Shown here one piece after another: positions 11,858-26,818 of a stretch of DNA of 64,000 nucleotides. The first letter of the stretch is position 1, and every line of letters starts with the position of its first letter. The stretch spans positions 36,022,001-36,086,000 of the forward strand of contig OZ024743.1 in assembly GCA_964016885.1 (NCBI GenBank). The letters are read 5' to 3'. The stretch comes from Eledone cirrhosa (Eukaryota). Position numbers and translations under genes: made by a program. Under the pieces are notes generated by a model that was not told the DNA's origin, searched no databases, and worked only from the letters and a program-made list of their open reading frames with translations.

Positions 11858-14800
11858 TACTACTACAATCACAACTACCACCACCACAACTACCACCATC
11901 ACAACTACCACCTTCACAACTACTACCATCACAACTAGCACCATCAGAACTACCACCATCACAACTACCTCCATCACAACTACCACTATCAGAACTACTA
12001 CCATCACAACTATCACCATCACAACTACTACAATCACAACTACCACCATCACAACTACCACCATCACAACTACCACTATCACAACTACCACCATCACAAC
12101 TACCACCATCACAACTACCACCATCACAACTATCACCATCACAACTACTACAATCACAACTACCACCATCACAACTACCACCATCACAACTACCACTATC
12201 ACAACTACCACCATTACAACTACCACCTTCACAACTACTACAATCACAACTACCACCTTCACAACTACCACCATCACAACTACCACTATCACAACTACCA
12301 CCATCACAACTACCACCATCACAACTACCACCATCAGAACTACCACCATCACAACTACCACCATCACAACAACCACTATCACAACAACCACTATAACAAC
12401 TACCACATCACAACTACCACTATCAAAACTACCACTATCACAACTACCACATCACAATTACCACTATCACAACTACCACCTTCACAACTACCACTATCAC
12501 AACTACCACCATCACAACTACCACTATCACAACTAACACCTTCACAACTACCACCATCACAACAACCACTATCACAACAACCACTATAACAACTACCACA
12601 TCACAACAACCACTATCACAACTACCACCATCACAACTACCACCATCACAACTACCACTATCACAACTACCACCATCACAACTACCACCATCAGAACTAC
12701 TACCATCACAACTACCACCATCACAACTACCACCATCAGAACTACCACCATCACAACTACCACCATCACAACTACCACCTTCACGAATACCACCATCACA
12801 AATACCACCATCACAAATACCACCATCACAACTACTACCATCACAACTACCACTATCACAACTACCACTATCACAACTACCACTATCACAACTACCACCA
12901 TCACAACTACCACCATCACAACTACCACTATCACAACTACCACCATCACAACTACCACCATCACAACTACCACCATCAGAACTACCACCATCACAACTAC
13001 CACCATCAGAACTACCACCATCACAACTACCACCATCACAACAACCACTATCACAACAACCACATCACAACTACCACTATCACAACTACCACTATCACAA
13101 CTACCACATCACAACTACCACTATCACAACTACCACCTTCACAACTACCACTATTACAACTACCACCATCACAACTACCACTATCACAACTAACACCTTC
13201 ACAACTACCACCATCACAACAACCACTATCACAACAACCACTATAACAACTACCACATCACAACAACCACTATCACAACTACCACCATCACAACTACCAC
13301 CATCACAACTACCACTATCACAACTACCACCATCACAACTACCACCATCAGAACTACTACCATCACAACTACCACCATCACAACTACCACCATCAGAACT
13401 ACCACCATCACAACTACCACCATCACAACTACCACCTTCACGAATACCACCATCACAAATACCACCATCACAAATACCACCATCACAACTACTACCATCA
13501 CAACTACCACTATCACAACTACCACTATCACAACTACCACTATCACAACTACCACCATCACAACTACCACCATCACAACTACCACTATCACAACTACCAC
13601 CATCACAACAACCACTATCACAACTACCACTATAACAACTACCACTATCACAACTACCACTATCACAACTACCACTATCACAACTACCACATCACAACTA
13701 CCACTATCACAACTACCACCATCAGAACTACCACTATCACAACTACCACCATCACAACTATCACCATCACAACTACCACTATCACAACTACCACCATCAC
13801 AACTAACACCATCACAACTACGACCATCACAACAACCACTATCACAACTACTACCATCACAACTACCACCTTCACAACTACCACCTTCACAACTACCACC
13901 ATCAGAACTACCACTATCACAACTACCACCATCACAACAACCACTATCACAACTACCACCTTCACAACTACCACTATCACAACTACCACCCTCACAACTA
14001 CCACCACCACAACTACCACCTTCACAACTACAACCATCACAACTACCACCATCACAACTACCACCATCACAACTACCACCATTACAACTACCACCTTCAC
14101 AACTAACACCATCACAACTATCACCATCACAACTACGACCATCACCACAACCACTATCACAACTACCACCATCACAACTACCACCATCACAACTACCACT
14201 ATCACAACTACCACTATAACAACTACCACATCACAACTACCACTATCACAACTACCACCATCAAAACTAACACCATCACAACTAACACCATCACAACTAC
14301 CACTATCACAACTACCACCATCACAACAACCACTATCACAACAACCACCATCACAACTACCACCATCACAACTACCACTATCACAACTACCACCTTCACA
14401 ACTACCACCATCACAACTACCACCATCACAACTACCACTATCACAACTACCACCATCACAACTACCACCATCACAACTACCACCATCACAACTACCACCA
14501 TCACAACTACCACTATCACAACTACCACCATCACAACTACCACTATCACAACTACTACCATCACAACTACCACCATCACAACTACCACCATCACAACTAC
14601 CACCATCACAACTACCACCATCACAACTACCACTATCACAACTACCACCATCACAACTACCACCCTCACAACTACCACCTTCACAACTACCACTATCACA
14701 ACTACCACCATCACAACTACCACTATCACAACTACTACCATCACAACTACCACCATCACAACTACCACCATCACAACTACCACCATCACAACTACCACCA

Positions 14801-17240
14801 TCACAACAACCACCATCACAACAACCACCATCACAACTACCACCATCACAACTACCACCATCACAACTACCACTATCACAGCTACCACCATCACAACTAC
14901 CACCCTCACAACTACCACCTTCACGAATACCACCATCACAACAACCACTATAACAACTACCACATCACAACTACCACTATCACAACTACCACTATCACAA
15001 CTACCACATCACAACTACCACTATCACAACTACCACCTTCACAACTACCACTATCACAACTACCACCATCACAACTACCACTATCACAACTAACACCTTC
15101 ACAACTACCACCATCACAACAACCACTATCACAACAACCACTATCACAACTACCACCATCACAACTACCACTATCACAACTACCACTATCACAACTACCA
15201 CCATCACAACTACCACCATCAGAACTACTACCATCACAACTACCACCATCACAACTACCACCATCAGAACTACCACCATCACAACTACCACCATCACAAC
15301 TACCACCTTCACGAATACCACCATCACAAATACCACCATCACAAATACCACCATCAGAACTACTACCATCACAACTACCACCATCACAACTACCACTATC
15401 ACAACTACCACCATCACAACTACCACCATCACAACTACCGCCATCACAACTACCACCATCACAACTACCACCATCACAACTACCACCATCACAACTACCA
15501 CTATCACAACTACCAACATCACAACTACCACCATCACAACTACCACCATCACAACTACCACCATCACAACTACCACCATCACAACTACCACCATCACAAC
15601 TACCACTATCACAACTACTACCATCACAACTACCACCATCACAACTACCACCATCACAACTACCACCATCACAACTACCACTATCACAACTACCACCATC
15701 ACAACTACCACCCTCACAACTACCACCTTCACAACTACCACTATCACAACTACCACCATCACAACTACCACTATCACAACTACTACCATCACAACTACCA
15801 CCATCACAACTACCACCATCAGAACTACCACCATCACAACTACCACCATCACAACTACCATCATCACAACAACCACCATCACAACAACCACCATCACAAC
15901 TACCACCATCACAACTACCACCATCATAACTACCACCATCACAACTACCACTATCACAGCTACCACCATCACAACTACCACCCTCACAACTACCACATTC
16001 ACAACTACCACCTTCACAACTACCACCATCACAACTACCACCATCACAACAACCACTATCACAACTACCACCATCACAACTACCATCATCACAACTACCA
16101 CTATCACAACTACCACCATCATAACTACCACCATCACAACCATGATCACAACTACCACCATCACAACAACCACCATCACCACCACCACCTTCACAACTAC
16201 CACCATCACAACTACCACTATCACAACTACCACTATCACAACTACCACTATCACAACTACCACCTTCACAACTACCACCTTCACAACTACCACCATCACA
16301 ACTACCACTATCACAACTACCACTATCACAACTACTACCATCACAACTACTACCATCACAACTACCACCATCACAACTACCACCATCACAACTACCACCA
16401 TCACAACTACCACTATCACAACTACCATCATCACAACTACCACCATCACAACTACCACCCTCACAACTACCACCTTCACAACTACCATCATCACAACTAC
16501 CACCATCACAACTACCACCATCACAGCTACCACTATCATAACTACCACCATCACAACTACCACTATCATAACTACCACCATCACAACTACCACCCTCACA
16601 ACTACCACCTTCACAACTACCACCATCACAACTACCACCATCACAACAACCACTATCATAACTACCATCATCACAACTACCACCATCACAACTACCACCA
16701 TCACAACTACCACTATCATAACTACCACCATCACAACTACCACTATCATAACTACCACCATCACAACTACCACCCTCACAACTACCACCTTCACAACTAC
16801 CATCATCACAACTACCACCATCACAACTACCACCATCACAACTACCACCATCACAACTACCACCCTCACAACTACCACCTTCACAACTACCACCCTCACA
16901 ACTACCACCTTCACAACTACCACCATCACAACTACCACCATCACAACTACCACTATCACAACTACCACCATCACAACTACCACTATCATAACTACCACTA
17001 TCACAACTACCACCATCACAACTACCACCATCACAACTACCACTATCACAACTACCACCATCACAACTACCACTATCATAACTACCACCATCACAACTAC
17101 CACTATCATAACTACCACCATCATAACTACCACCATCACAACTACCACTATCATAACTACCACCATCATAACTACCACCATCACAACTACCACTATCATA
17201 ACTACCGCCATCACAACTACCACTATCATAACTACCACCA
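11858..17240. repeat. 15-bp minisatellite (ACAACTACCACCATC)n, ~5.4 kb, ~360 units
   Basis: Direct tandem array; reads TTTTI on +, and VVVVM or GGSCD on -; occasional 14-bp units shift the frame. Confidence 0.97.
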
Positions 17241-17313
17241 TAGGACCCATAGCTTCGAGTTAACACAAACATTACATAGCAACCTGTCAAATGAATTATA
17301 CCTAAAACTCATA

Positions 17314-17690
17314 AGTCCTGGTATTGTCACGTACAGTGTCATGTGCTTTCTGGCAGAAAATGTTCTTAACCCTTTAGCATTTGAACTGGACATATCCGGC
17401 CAGAATTCTCTCACCTCATTCTGTTCAAACCGGCTGTAACTGGCCACTCATACTTATGTTAAGGTTGTTCTCAAAATAAGTAATATAAAAATCTTGTAGA
17501 TTCGATATTTAGTGAGATAATTATGTGAGATAAAGCCTTTACCATGAAAATACAATAGTAAATATAGAGTAATGTAAATGTTAAAGGGTTAAGGCTACAC
17601 GTATTGTTGACTAGTCCAGGTATTGTCACCTACCCTTTTCATGCGCTTTCTGCCAGGAAATGATCTTAAGGCTACACGTGTTGTTGACTA
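17314..17690. repeat. Tandem duplication of a ~78-bp unit; the first copy carries the MITE
   Basis: AGTCCTGGTATTGTCAC...TGTTCTTAA[MITE]GGCTACACGTATTGTTGACT versus 17613-17690 AGTCCAGGTATTGTCAC...GATCTTAAGGCTACACGTGTTGTTGACTA. Confidence 0.88.
17370..17588. mobile_element. piggyBac-type MITE, copy 2
   Basis: TTAA|CCCTTTAGCATTTG ... TAAATGTTAAAGGG|TTAA; internal sequence homologous to 1028-1260. Confidence 0.92.
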
Positions 17691-18643
17691 CTTAGCTACT
17701 TACAATACTTATGTAACAAATATGTATTTCAATTGATTGGATTGTCGAATACTGATATCGTCGAAACCACAGATCTATTTATTCTACTATCTATATATAA
17801 ATTTGAGCGACTTCCGTCCGTCACACACTGCGTGTGTATGTGTGTAGTTGTGTGCGTGTGTGTGTTGTGAATGTATGTGTGTGTAAAACGAAGGAATGGA
17901 ATGGTGAAAAAAACTATAGTAAAACAGCGACCGGCGTTCCATTTACTACGCTGTGCGCGAGTGTATGTGTAAATGTATGAATGTGTGTGTGTGTGTGTGT
18001 GCGTCTGTGTGAATGTATATGTGTGTTTGTAAGAATGTATGTGTATTTGTGTGAATTTATATCTGTAAGTGTATATTTTTGTAAGTGTGCCTGTATTTCC
18101 GATTTTATAATTATACACTGAAACACGTGTCAGCGTGTTGAAAAATATTCTAGTACTACAAAATAACAGAGGGGGGGGGGGTTCTAGGAAAGGAAACACT
18201 TGGAGTCTGCTGTCATTTGTAATAATAGATTACTGTTGAGACAGTAGCGAATATGTCTGTCATGTAACAATATAACTAATAGAGCCGGTCTCATCGATTT
18301 TCCCATCCCAGTCGTTTAGGATGTGCGCAGCTTTATCTACTGAAATCAACGTTTTCTCACACTCTTTGTCTTCAACCGTGAGTTGTAGTAGACATCGAGG
18401 CAGGCACCAAAATATACTGTCTCCAATCCTCCCATTTGTGATCAGTTCAGAAAATACCTCGGATATACCTCACACATTTCATTGGAATTGGATAACATGT
18501 ATTCGTCACGATAATAACAAAAAATAGCTGATAAATACATTCAACACCCGACACTAAACTATTTCAATTCAGTAGCAAAACTCAAGTTGTACAGTTTCTG
18601 AATCCAACATAAACCCTATTTGATTACCAACTAATAAATAACA

Positions 18644-18837
18644 TAGTCCCGCCAACCTCTAAAAACCCAAATGGGGAGTACCATGCAAAATGTGCCCCAA
18701 AACGTGGAGAAATGAGGCAAAATGGGGAGATTTTACATAATGAAAGCTATACTCATTTTCACAAGAAAAGACATCTTTCACCCACACCAAAGTGGGTAGG
18801 AGTTCTCTCTGTCGGACGGGGAAAGTTGACATGTCTG
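18644..18837. mobile_element. hAT-type MITE, inverted homolog of 25740-25914
   Basis: CCGCCAACCTCTAAAAACCCAAA...GTTGACATGTCTG is the diverged reverse complement of the 25740 element. Confidence 0.7.
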
Positions 18838-19116
18838 AACACAAGTCGCACTATGTATACTCTACAGAATCGCCAGTAAACAATATAAGAAAACCCATAC
18901 AGCAAAGGGAAAGCAAGAAAGGATGTATGATTTTAAAATCAAATTTACGAGGGGGGGGGGGGGGAGCGTTAATGAAGTAATTTTTAAAAAGGGGGTGGTC
19001 TTCAAAAGTAGTACCAGCCAATTAAATAGCACAGCGCAAACTCTTATTAAATCGTTACCCGTTACTATAGCACCAACATCTCATAAAACTCAAGTTCTAC
19101 ATAACTGTCGCCTAAA

Positions 19117-19297
19117 AATTGTTTCTACTTTTTGGCACAAGGCCAGCAATAACCCAGTGTATTACTGCTACTTTATTTTATCGACCCCGTAAGGATGGAA
19201 GGCAAAGTTAACCTCGGCGGGATTTGAACTCAGAATGGCAAGGGTCGTAACTCTATGCGTCAAAGCATGGCGTCCGACCCTCTACCGATACTGCCAA
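19117..19297 (-). mobile_element. SINE family A, type II
   Basis: Near-consensus copy. Confidence 0.9.
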
Positions 19298-19627
19298 ACA
19301 CAACCTGAACATGAATACTCCGTGGTGTTCATGTCTGGTAGAGTTATCTCCCCTTACGCCAATGTCCACTTTACATTTTTGTATCTTAAGAGTATGATGA
19401 AATAAGAGTATTCTGGTCGATATAATCAATAAAGTTAAAGGCCTCAGCATGGTCATACTCGAATAACTGAAATCAGTGAAAAATAAAATAACAGAGATAG
19501 CTATCGATAGTGACCTATATAATAACCTGGTGACCTACATTGGATATAGGTCATGGGTGAAATACATTATTGACCCATATATATAATGATTACTGATCTA
19601 TATAAAAACTAACGGACACAATGACAT

Positions 19628-19693
19628 CATGACCTAATGACCCAATGACCCAATGACCGTATGACCTAATAGCCTTATGACCCAATGACCTAT
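19628..19693. repeat. 8-bp tandem repeat (ATGACCYA)n
   Basis: ATGACCTA ATGACCCA ATGACCCA ATGACCGT ATGACCTA ... ATGACCCA ATGACCTA. Confidence 0.8.
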
Positions 19694-19799
19694 ATGTATA
19701 CAGTTATGTATTGGCAAATACTCAGTGATCCTTAATTATGAAACTGAGTTTCACAATATAGTTGATATTCACTTTAAGCAAGAAATCGTGGGAGCATTG

Positions 19800-20368
19800 G
19801 CAGGAGTTATATTCTTGTTTGGCTGCGTTCCTCGGGACGGTTTTGCAGGAGTATGGGATCAATGGTCAGCTTCTTGTTGCCCTGATGTCTTTGTCCGAAT
19901 GCCCGAGTATTTGTGTTCGGATAAATGGTGCTAAATCGAAACCATTCAATATGGGAGTCGGACTCCGCCAAGGGTGCGTACTGTCACCTCTCCTGTTCAT
20001 TATTTACATGAACAGGATTGACATGTGCAGCCATGCTGGAAGTGGTATCACAACTGGTGGGTGTAAAATCAGTCGGCTGGGATTTTCAGCCGACATGGTG
20101 TTACTTAACTTGACAGAAAGTTATCCCCGGTTTGCACTTGATAGGTTTGATGTCGCGTGCTGCGAAAACTGAGACACTGGAATGAAAATCAGTGCTGTGA
20201 AAACTGAGACACTCGTCCTCTCAAGGAAGCCTGCACCGTGCACTCAACATGTGAATGGAGTTCCACTGAAGTTGATAAAGTTCACGAATCGAGTCTGTGT
20301 TCACGAGTGGTGGAAGACAGGAGGCTGAATTAAGTGCAAGAATTGCAGGAGCTGGTGCTGCAATGAAC
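19800..20368 (+). pseudogene. RTE-clade LINE RT fragment (Rex3/Expander-like)
   Basis: VLQEYGI..CVRING.KSKPF..GVGLRQGCVLSPLLFIIYMNRI...ISRLGFSADMVLL (decayed FADD)...ALDRF...GMKISAVKTETLVL. Confidence 0.85.
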
Positions 20369-20552
20369 CCCTAACTCCGAACTGAGTCGTAAGGGCACCG
20401 TAGTGATATACGTAATGTCTTGTCTTTGGCATTTAAACCTGGAGGAGTCCATCGCTCTTCAAGCCGGAACGCAATCCATTTCTTCCGTAGAAATAGAGAA
20501 TGGAAGTTAGAAACAGAAATAACGGAGTTTACCGCAATGCTGAACTGGAACA

Positions 20553-20690
20553 TTATTTATTGGTCTTGGAAGGATGAAACGCAAAGTTAACCTCGGCGGG
20601 ATTAGAACTCAGAGCGTAGACAACCGTAACGAATACCACATATAATTCTAGCCGACGTTCAAATGATTTTATATAGCCATCACCGTCAGT
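20553..20690 (-). mobile_element. SINE family A, diverged partial copy
   Basis: GAAGGATGAAACGCAAAGTTAACCTCGGCGGGATTAGAACTCAG. Confidence 0.7.
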
Positions 20691-21217
20691 TTACGATCAT
20701 CAACTTCACAGGAAAGGGATGACCTTCATATTACAATAATGACTGTTTCACATATCTATAATCTTCCTAAGAAATTACTGACTTTTATGTTCTACTAATG
20801 AGCTATATATATATCCTTTAAAATAAACTGCTGAATTTTACAACGTAATCAATAACTTTCTCAACATACTATGCACTTCAATTTAGGATTCTGAACTTCA
20901 TAGCAAATTTATCTCTTTTAACAATTTCGCTACCATATTTCATATGAAATATACTGCCAATGATTTCCAAATAAGTTTGGAAATAATCGAGAGTTTAGAG
21001 AGATTTTTTAACATATCTAACTTCTTTTATTATTAATCTGGTATTTGGAGCATAGTTTAACAAATGTTCTTACATAAAATTATGGTTGAAGGTATTTAGA
21101 TAAATATAAGCTCTTTATCATAGAAACTTGAGAAGTCTCAGACGCTCAGGTATCAAAATGACTAACGTTTAGCTGTGGCCTTTACGCACGACAGAATTAC
21201 AACGTTTGTAAAGTAAT

Positions 21218-21308
21218 AATTGTTTCTACTTTTGGCACAAGGCCAGCAATTATCCCAGTGTATTATTGGTACTTTATTTTATCGACCCCGTAAGGATGAA
21301 AGGCAAAC
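21218..21308 (-). mobile_element. SINE family A, 3' half only
   Basis: AATTGTTTCTACTTTTGGCACAAGG...AAGGATGAAAGGCAAA. Confidence 0.85.
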
Positions 21309-22007
21309 CAACCAATGATACCGCGAAATAACGAGGTAGCCTCTATATGGCTGCTTCACCTACTGCAAATAGTAGTCAAATCTCCCCCATATCACATCAT
21401 TCTGTCTTTAAAAAAAGTGGGAAATGACACATTAAATAATGTAGTCCTAGATAGCCGACAAAAAAGGTTGTAAAGTAACAGTTGAAATATCTTTGATCAG
21501 AAGTCAGCTCAAGAAAGAATCAACTGGGGCTGAACAACAACAGCTAGTAACGTTGAAAATAATACAATAATGTCAACAGAATAATGTCTTTCCCGGTAAA
21601 CCTAGGGAACTTCAATGTTCAAGCGACTACACTATGTTCTTGTCGCTGCCTCAGTTGTCCTGTTCACTTTCAAATTAAATTGATATATTTCCCTTTAGGT
21701 ACTTTATTGCAAATAAAATAAATAGAATGTATAGATAAATAACATGTGTCTGCTTTGACTAGCACACTAACTGTTGCATAGCTGTAATGTCATACACTTA
21801 CCCATTCACTGTCTTCATTATTCTCACATTCTCTGACGTATTTCTTTATTTCGTATCCTCGTCTTCCTATATATGGTTCCCTTACTTTTTTCTATCGCTT
21901 AAAACCTGCTTCCACCTTTTTTCTTCATTTCTAAACATCTCCGCCCCTCTCCCGTAAACACGCCCATGCACAAATAAACAAGCACACAATTAAACAAGCA
22001 CACACAC

Positions 22008-22110
<103 letters not shown>

Positions 22111-22561
22111 CACACATCTACACATGAATACCATACACGAATTTTTCACTATTTATCTATCATTCGCTCACTCTCTATATACCTATGTTATTTTATCATG
22201 TTACCTCTCTAATTTTACTTCTCTATTATATACTTCTTTCCACCGCTCCTCTCTTGTTTGCGCGTCACACTCTTCCTTAGTCACTCTGTCGTGCATCCCT
22301 TCATATACGTCACTTTCTGCTTGCCTGACTGTCTCTCTCACTTGCTAGCTGACTGATGGCTATTTTACTGTCTTTTCTTCTAGCAATCTCCTACTTGTGT
22401 ATAGTGAGACAAAACAAAAATACAACAACAAAAAACAACAACAAGAAACAGCAAACAGAAAACGGACATGTGACTTGGCCTTTTATGATATTGATAAATA
22501 CGAACAGGGAGAAAGAGAGTAAGAAATAATTCTAAAGGGAGATAAAAAGAGAGTAGATGTG

Positions 22562-22603
<42 letters not shown>

Positions 22604-22634
22604 TATATATATATATATAAAGTGAGTAAATTTG

Positions 22635-22686
<52 letters not shown>

Positions 22687-22979
22687 GTCCCATCTACTCT
22701 CTCGCACTCTCTCTCTATATATATATATATCCATTGTGTGTGTATCTGAATGTGAAATAGAGAGAGAGCGAGAGAGAGAATGAGGAGGGGGAGGGAAATT
22801 ATTAGTGAGAAATGGCACTTGACAGTGTGGGCGAGTGTGTGTGTATGTATGTGCATACATGTGCGCATCCTTGTATGTACATATGCACGCCTGTAAGTAT
22901 GTATAGAAGTCATACTCTAGTGTCAATTGGTGCGTTGTTCTTATAATTCAATCTTGACAGTTGTTTAGAATAAGGTGGA

Positions 22980-23098
<119 letters not shown>

Positions 23099-23455
23099 AA
23101 GGATGGGTGACTGAGAAAGACTGTGGGTGTTGGGCTGTCTGTAACGGAAGAATCTTTAGAATGTATGTGAGATGTATAGTATGTTTATGTGAGGATGTGT
23201 ATGTGAAGTTATTTGTAGGGAAGATAGAGGCAGAAAGATCAAAGTAGGAGTATGAAGAAGATAGATAGATAGACAGAGAGAAAGGGAGTTAAATGTATAA
23301 ACACACATATATGAATGTATGTATGTATGTATGTATGTATGTATGTATGTATGTATGTATGTATGTATATATGTATGTATGTATAATTTTGATGCCTCTT
23401 GTATTCTGGAGGTGTGGTCAAATATATATATATGTGTATATATATATATATATAT

Positions 23456-23709
<254 letters not shown>

Positions 23710-24656
23710 CTGTTAATAATAACAGCATCAAAATCAGGTAAAAATACCCCAAAGACGGAAAATAGTGGCCCGTGGCCGCTACGGAGAAACGGAGAGTTGT
23801 GAGGTGGGTTGGGTGAAAAGTATAGACGATTAAGAGAGGAGTGATAAGGAAAAGAGAATATAAAAAAAAACCAAGTGAAGACCAAAGTTACAAAGTGAGT
23901 GGAGATTAAATTTACAACCTCGTCAGCTCTCAGTTGGCCGTGTAGTTTCGCACGTTTACCTACATATTTTGTAGAGAGGTAAACGTAGGGGAAAGACAAA
24001 GTTTATTACGAATTAGTAGGAGCGATAGTCCTAGAACTAATATATATATACATTAATATACTAATATATATACTAATATATATATATACAGATATATATA
24101 TATATATATATATATATACATGTGTGTGTGTTGTTTACCTGCGCCGACAATAATGGCGGTAAATATATTTACGTACTTAAGTATTAAATTAAATAAATTA
24201 CAAATACAAATGTCTGTACAAGTTCGAATCGTTCGTACGTGACGAATGTTCTTCCTTTTTAATATAAGCCATTAACTACACTCTTTTAGAATCTAGACTA
24301 CGGTGTATCTAAGAAACGATTAAAAAAAAAAGTGTTTCTCCGAACCTAATTGGAGGATCTGTGTGGTTTCAGTGATGCTTATCACGTTGGCCAATATTTC
24401 TGAATCTGCTTCGTATCTTGTCATTATTTAATCTTTTTTTTTGGGGGGGGGGGGGGGGGGGGGGGGTCACTATTTTGTTGAGAATATATGTTGGTGTGTT
24501 AAATTAGCTCAACGCCGAATCCAATATATCAGTGCGAGTTTGTTTTCATTTGCACGCCAAAAATGTACACATTTGTATATATTAATACATAGATTATGAA
24601 ACACATGCATACACATACACCAACACAGACACACACCCTCACATTCACACACTCAT

Positions 24657-24715
<59 letters not shown>

Positions 24716-25739
24716 CATTAAATATGCCAGCAGGATATGATGGTGATTGTTATATTGATGTTATTGGTGATAGCCATGTTGTTTTTGTTTATCGCAGTTT
24801 TGCTGGTATTGACAATGATGTTAATGGAGTGATGATGATGTTGATGTTGATGGTCGTGATGATGGTGATGATAGTGTTAGTGATAGTGACGATGGTGAAG
24901 ATGGCATTGAGTGGTAATTGTGATGGTGATGATGATGATGATGATTAGCATCTCCTTGATAAACGCTGTAGTGTGGTAGTTATGTGTTTTCAATGAACGA
25001 ACTCTATTCACAAATTCTCCTTTTTTGATTCCCAGTTCGGACAGCTACTACACCCACTTTGCTTAAGATGCCCCTGGGAAAAGCCATACAGATCGCCGCT
25101 TCGCATTTTCTCAACGCAGCACGGCCACCACTACCGTCTACTACTTTAGTATGTAATTAAAAACTCATTATTCGCATCTGGTGGTGTTATCTGATTGCAT
25201 ATCTATGATAATCAGTACCAGCTGGGGTTAATAATATTGACAAAATAACAATATAACAAAAATATGCTACGAAGCCAATAGATTCTATGAGTGACAGGAC
25301 GATGAAGAGACGAAGGAGGAGGGAGGGAGGGAAATAGAGAGAACGAGAGGTGAATTCTTTTTAGAAATTGAAAGGGTTTATTTCACTCCCACCTCCATCT
25401 TGATCAGGTAAAGTTTTAACCAAATCTGTATTGCCAATGTGTTGCAGACTAACTACCTACCATCCAAATTAACATAAATGATTTTTACCTTTTTTTGAAG
25501 TTAGCGATTTCGGTAAGAAGTAAAGGAAATAAGTGTAATTTGGTCGATAAAAGCCTCCTGGTGGGTTTTTTGAAAATCATTACATGCTGTTCGGAGTTTT
25601 CATGGTAGAATACAAAAGTGATTTCTCTTTAGGTGTTTTTTTTTAAATTTAATTTTATTGTTTTACAAGTCACCGTGAGTATGAAAAGTGTGTTGGGGCG
25701 GGAGAGGGGAGAAAGACGCACCGCCCTTAGTACTTCATT

Positions 25740-25914
25740 CAGACCTGTCAACTCTCCCCTGTCCGACGGGGAGATCACCAACCCACTTTGGGGTGGGTAA
25801 GGGGTCTTCTCTTTCCTTATGTAAAATCTCTCCACTTTGCCTCATTACTCCCCATTTGGGGGCACATTTTTTCATGGTACTCCTCGTTTGGGTTTTTAGA
25901 GGTTGGCAGGTCTG
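25740..25914. mobile_element. hAT-type MITE inserted in a decayed SINE A
   Basis: TIRs CAGACCTGTCAAC / GTTGGCAGGTCTG; flanks CTTCATT / CTTTATT (imperfect TSD); SINE sequence resumes GACCTCGGCGGGATTTG. Confidence 0.75.
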
Positions 25915-26621
25915 CTTTATTTTTCGAATCTGAAAGGTAAAGCTGACCTCGGCGGGATTTGTACGCAGAGCACAAAGAACCGGAATGAATAACTCAAGTT
26001 AACCCACGTGATATTGTAACGAATCTGTCAATATCTTTGACCACATCTTTGGAAAAATATAGAGGTTTCATAAAAGTAGCTTTAATGGAGTTAGAACAAA
26101 TATTGTTGAGTAGAGATATTTTATCTACATTTAATGAAATAGATTTAACGGAAGTGAAGCAAATATTGCAAACCGCCTTAACTTACTGCCTGCTAAATAA
26201 CCTTTGATAAATTTATGTTTGACTAGCAGAAATACTACCCCCCCCCCACACACACACACCCGGGCAAAAGCGTACGTTTGTGCGTGTGTGCGTGTTTCGT
26301 AATGTGTCTAGCAAACTATACACATATATGTAAAGGGGAAAGTACATTTTTGACATACAAATGATACGAACTCGCACCAACACTACGAAACACCTCAGCT
26401 CAGCACCTTCGATAAGACTCGAACCCGTATCAATAATCCAATAAAACAATTTGTTATTGATTCTATTATACGCCATACCCTCTATTCTGGGAGCACACAC
26501 TGTAGCGAATCGCAAAATTTTGTGGTTTATTACTTAAGTTCTAAACACATTTGCCGAAGCCAGAAAGCCATGTGGACATAAGCCATGTGGACATAAGCAC
26601 ATAACTTTGCTATAAAGCCAC

Positions 26622-26818
26622 AGCAGTGGATTGGCAGCATCAGCCAAAATACTTAGCGATATTTAGTTATTAGTTTGTACGTTCTGAGATCAAATCCCGC
26701 CGAGGTCATCTTTACCTTTTATCCTTCGAGTCGATAAAATAAATTCAGGGGTCAATATAATCGACTTTTCTTTTTACCCCAAATTGCTGGCCTTGTGCCA
26801 ATTTTAGAAAGAATTATT
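26622..26818 (+). mobile_element. SINE family A, long variant
   Basis: GTGGATTGGCAG...CAAATCCCGCCGAGGTCA...GCTGGCCTTGTGCC. Confidence 0.8.

Noticed and set aside
11858-17240. CRISPR array or telomeric repeat
   Set aside because: No unique spacers, eukaryotic context, and the unit is not TTAGGG-like
14957-17290. 777-aa (GGSCD)n and 749-aa (VVVVM)n minus-strand ORFs
   Set aside because: Antisense frames of the 15-bp minisatellite, open by composition; the common variant changes Gly to Ser in the GGSCD frame
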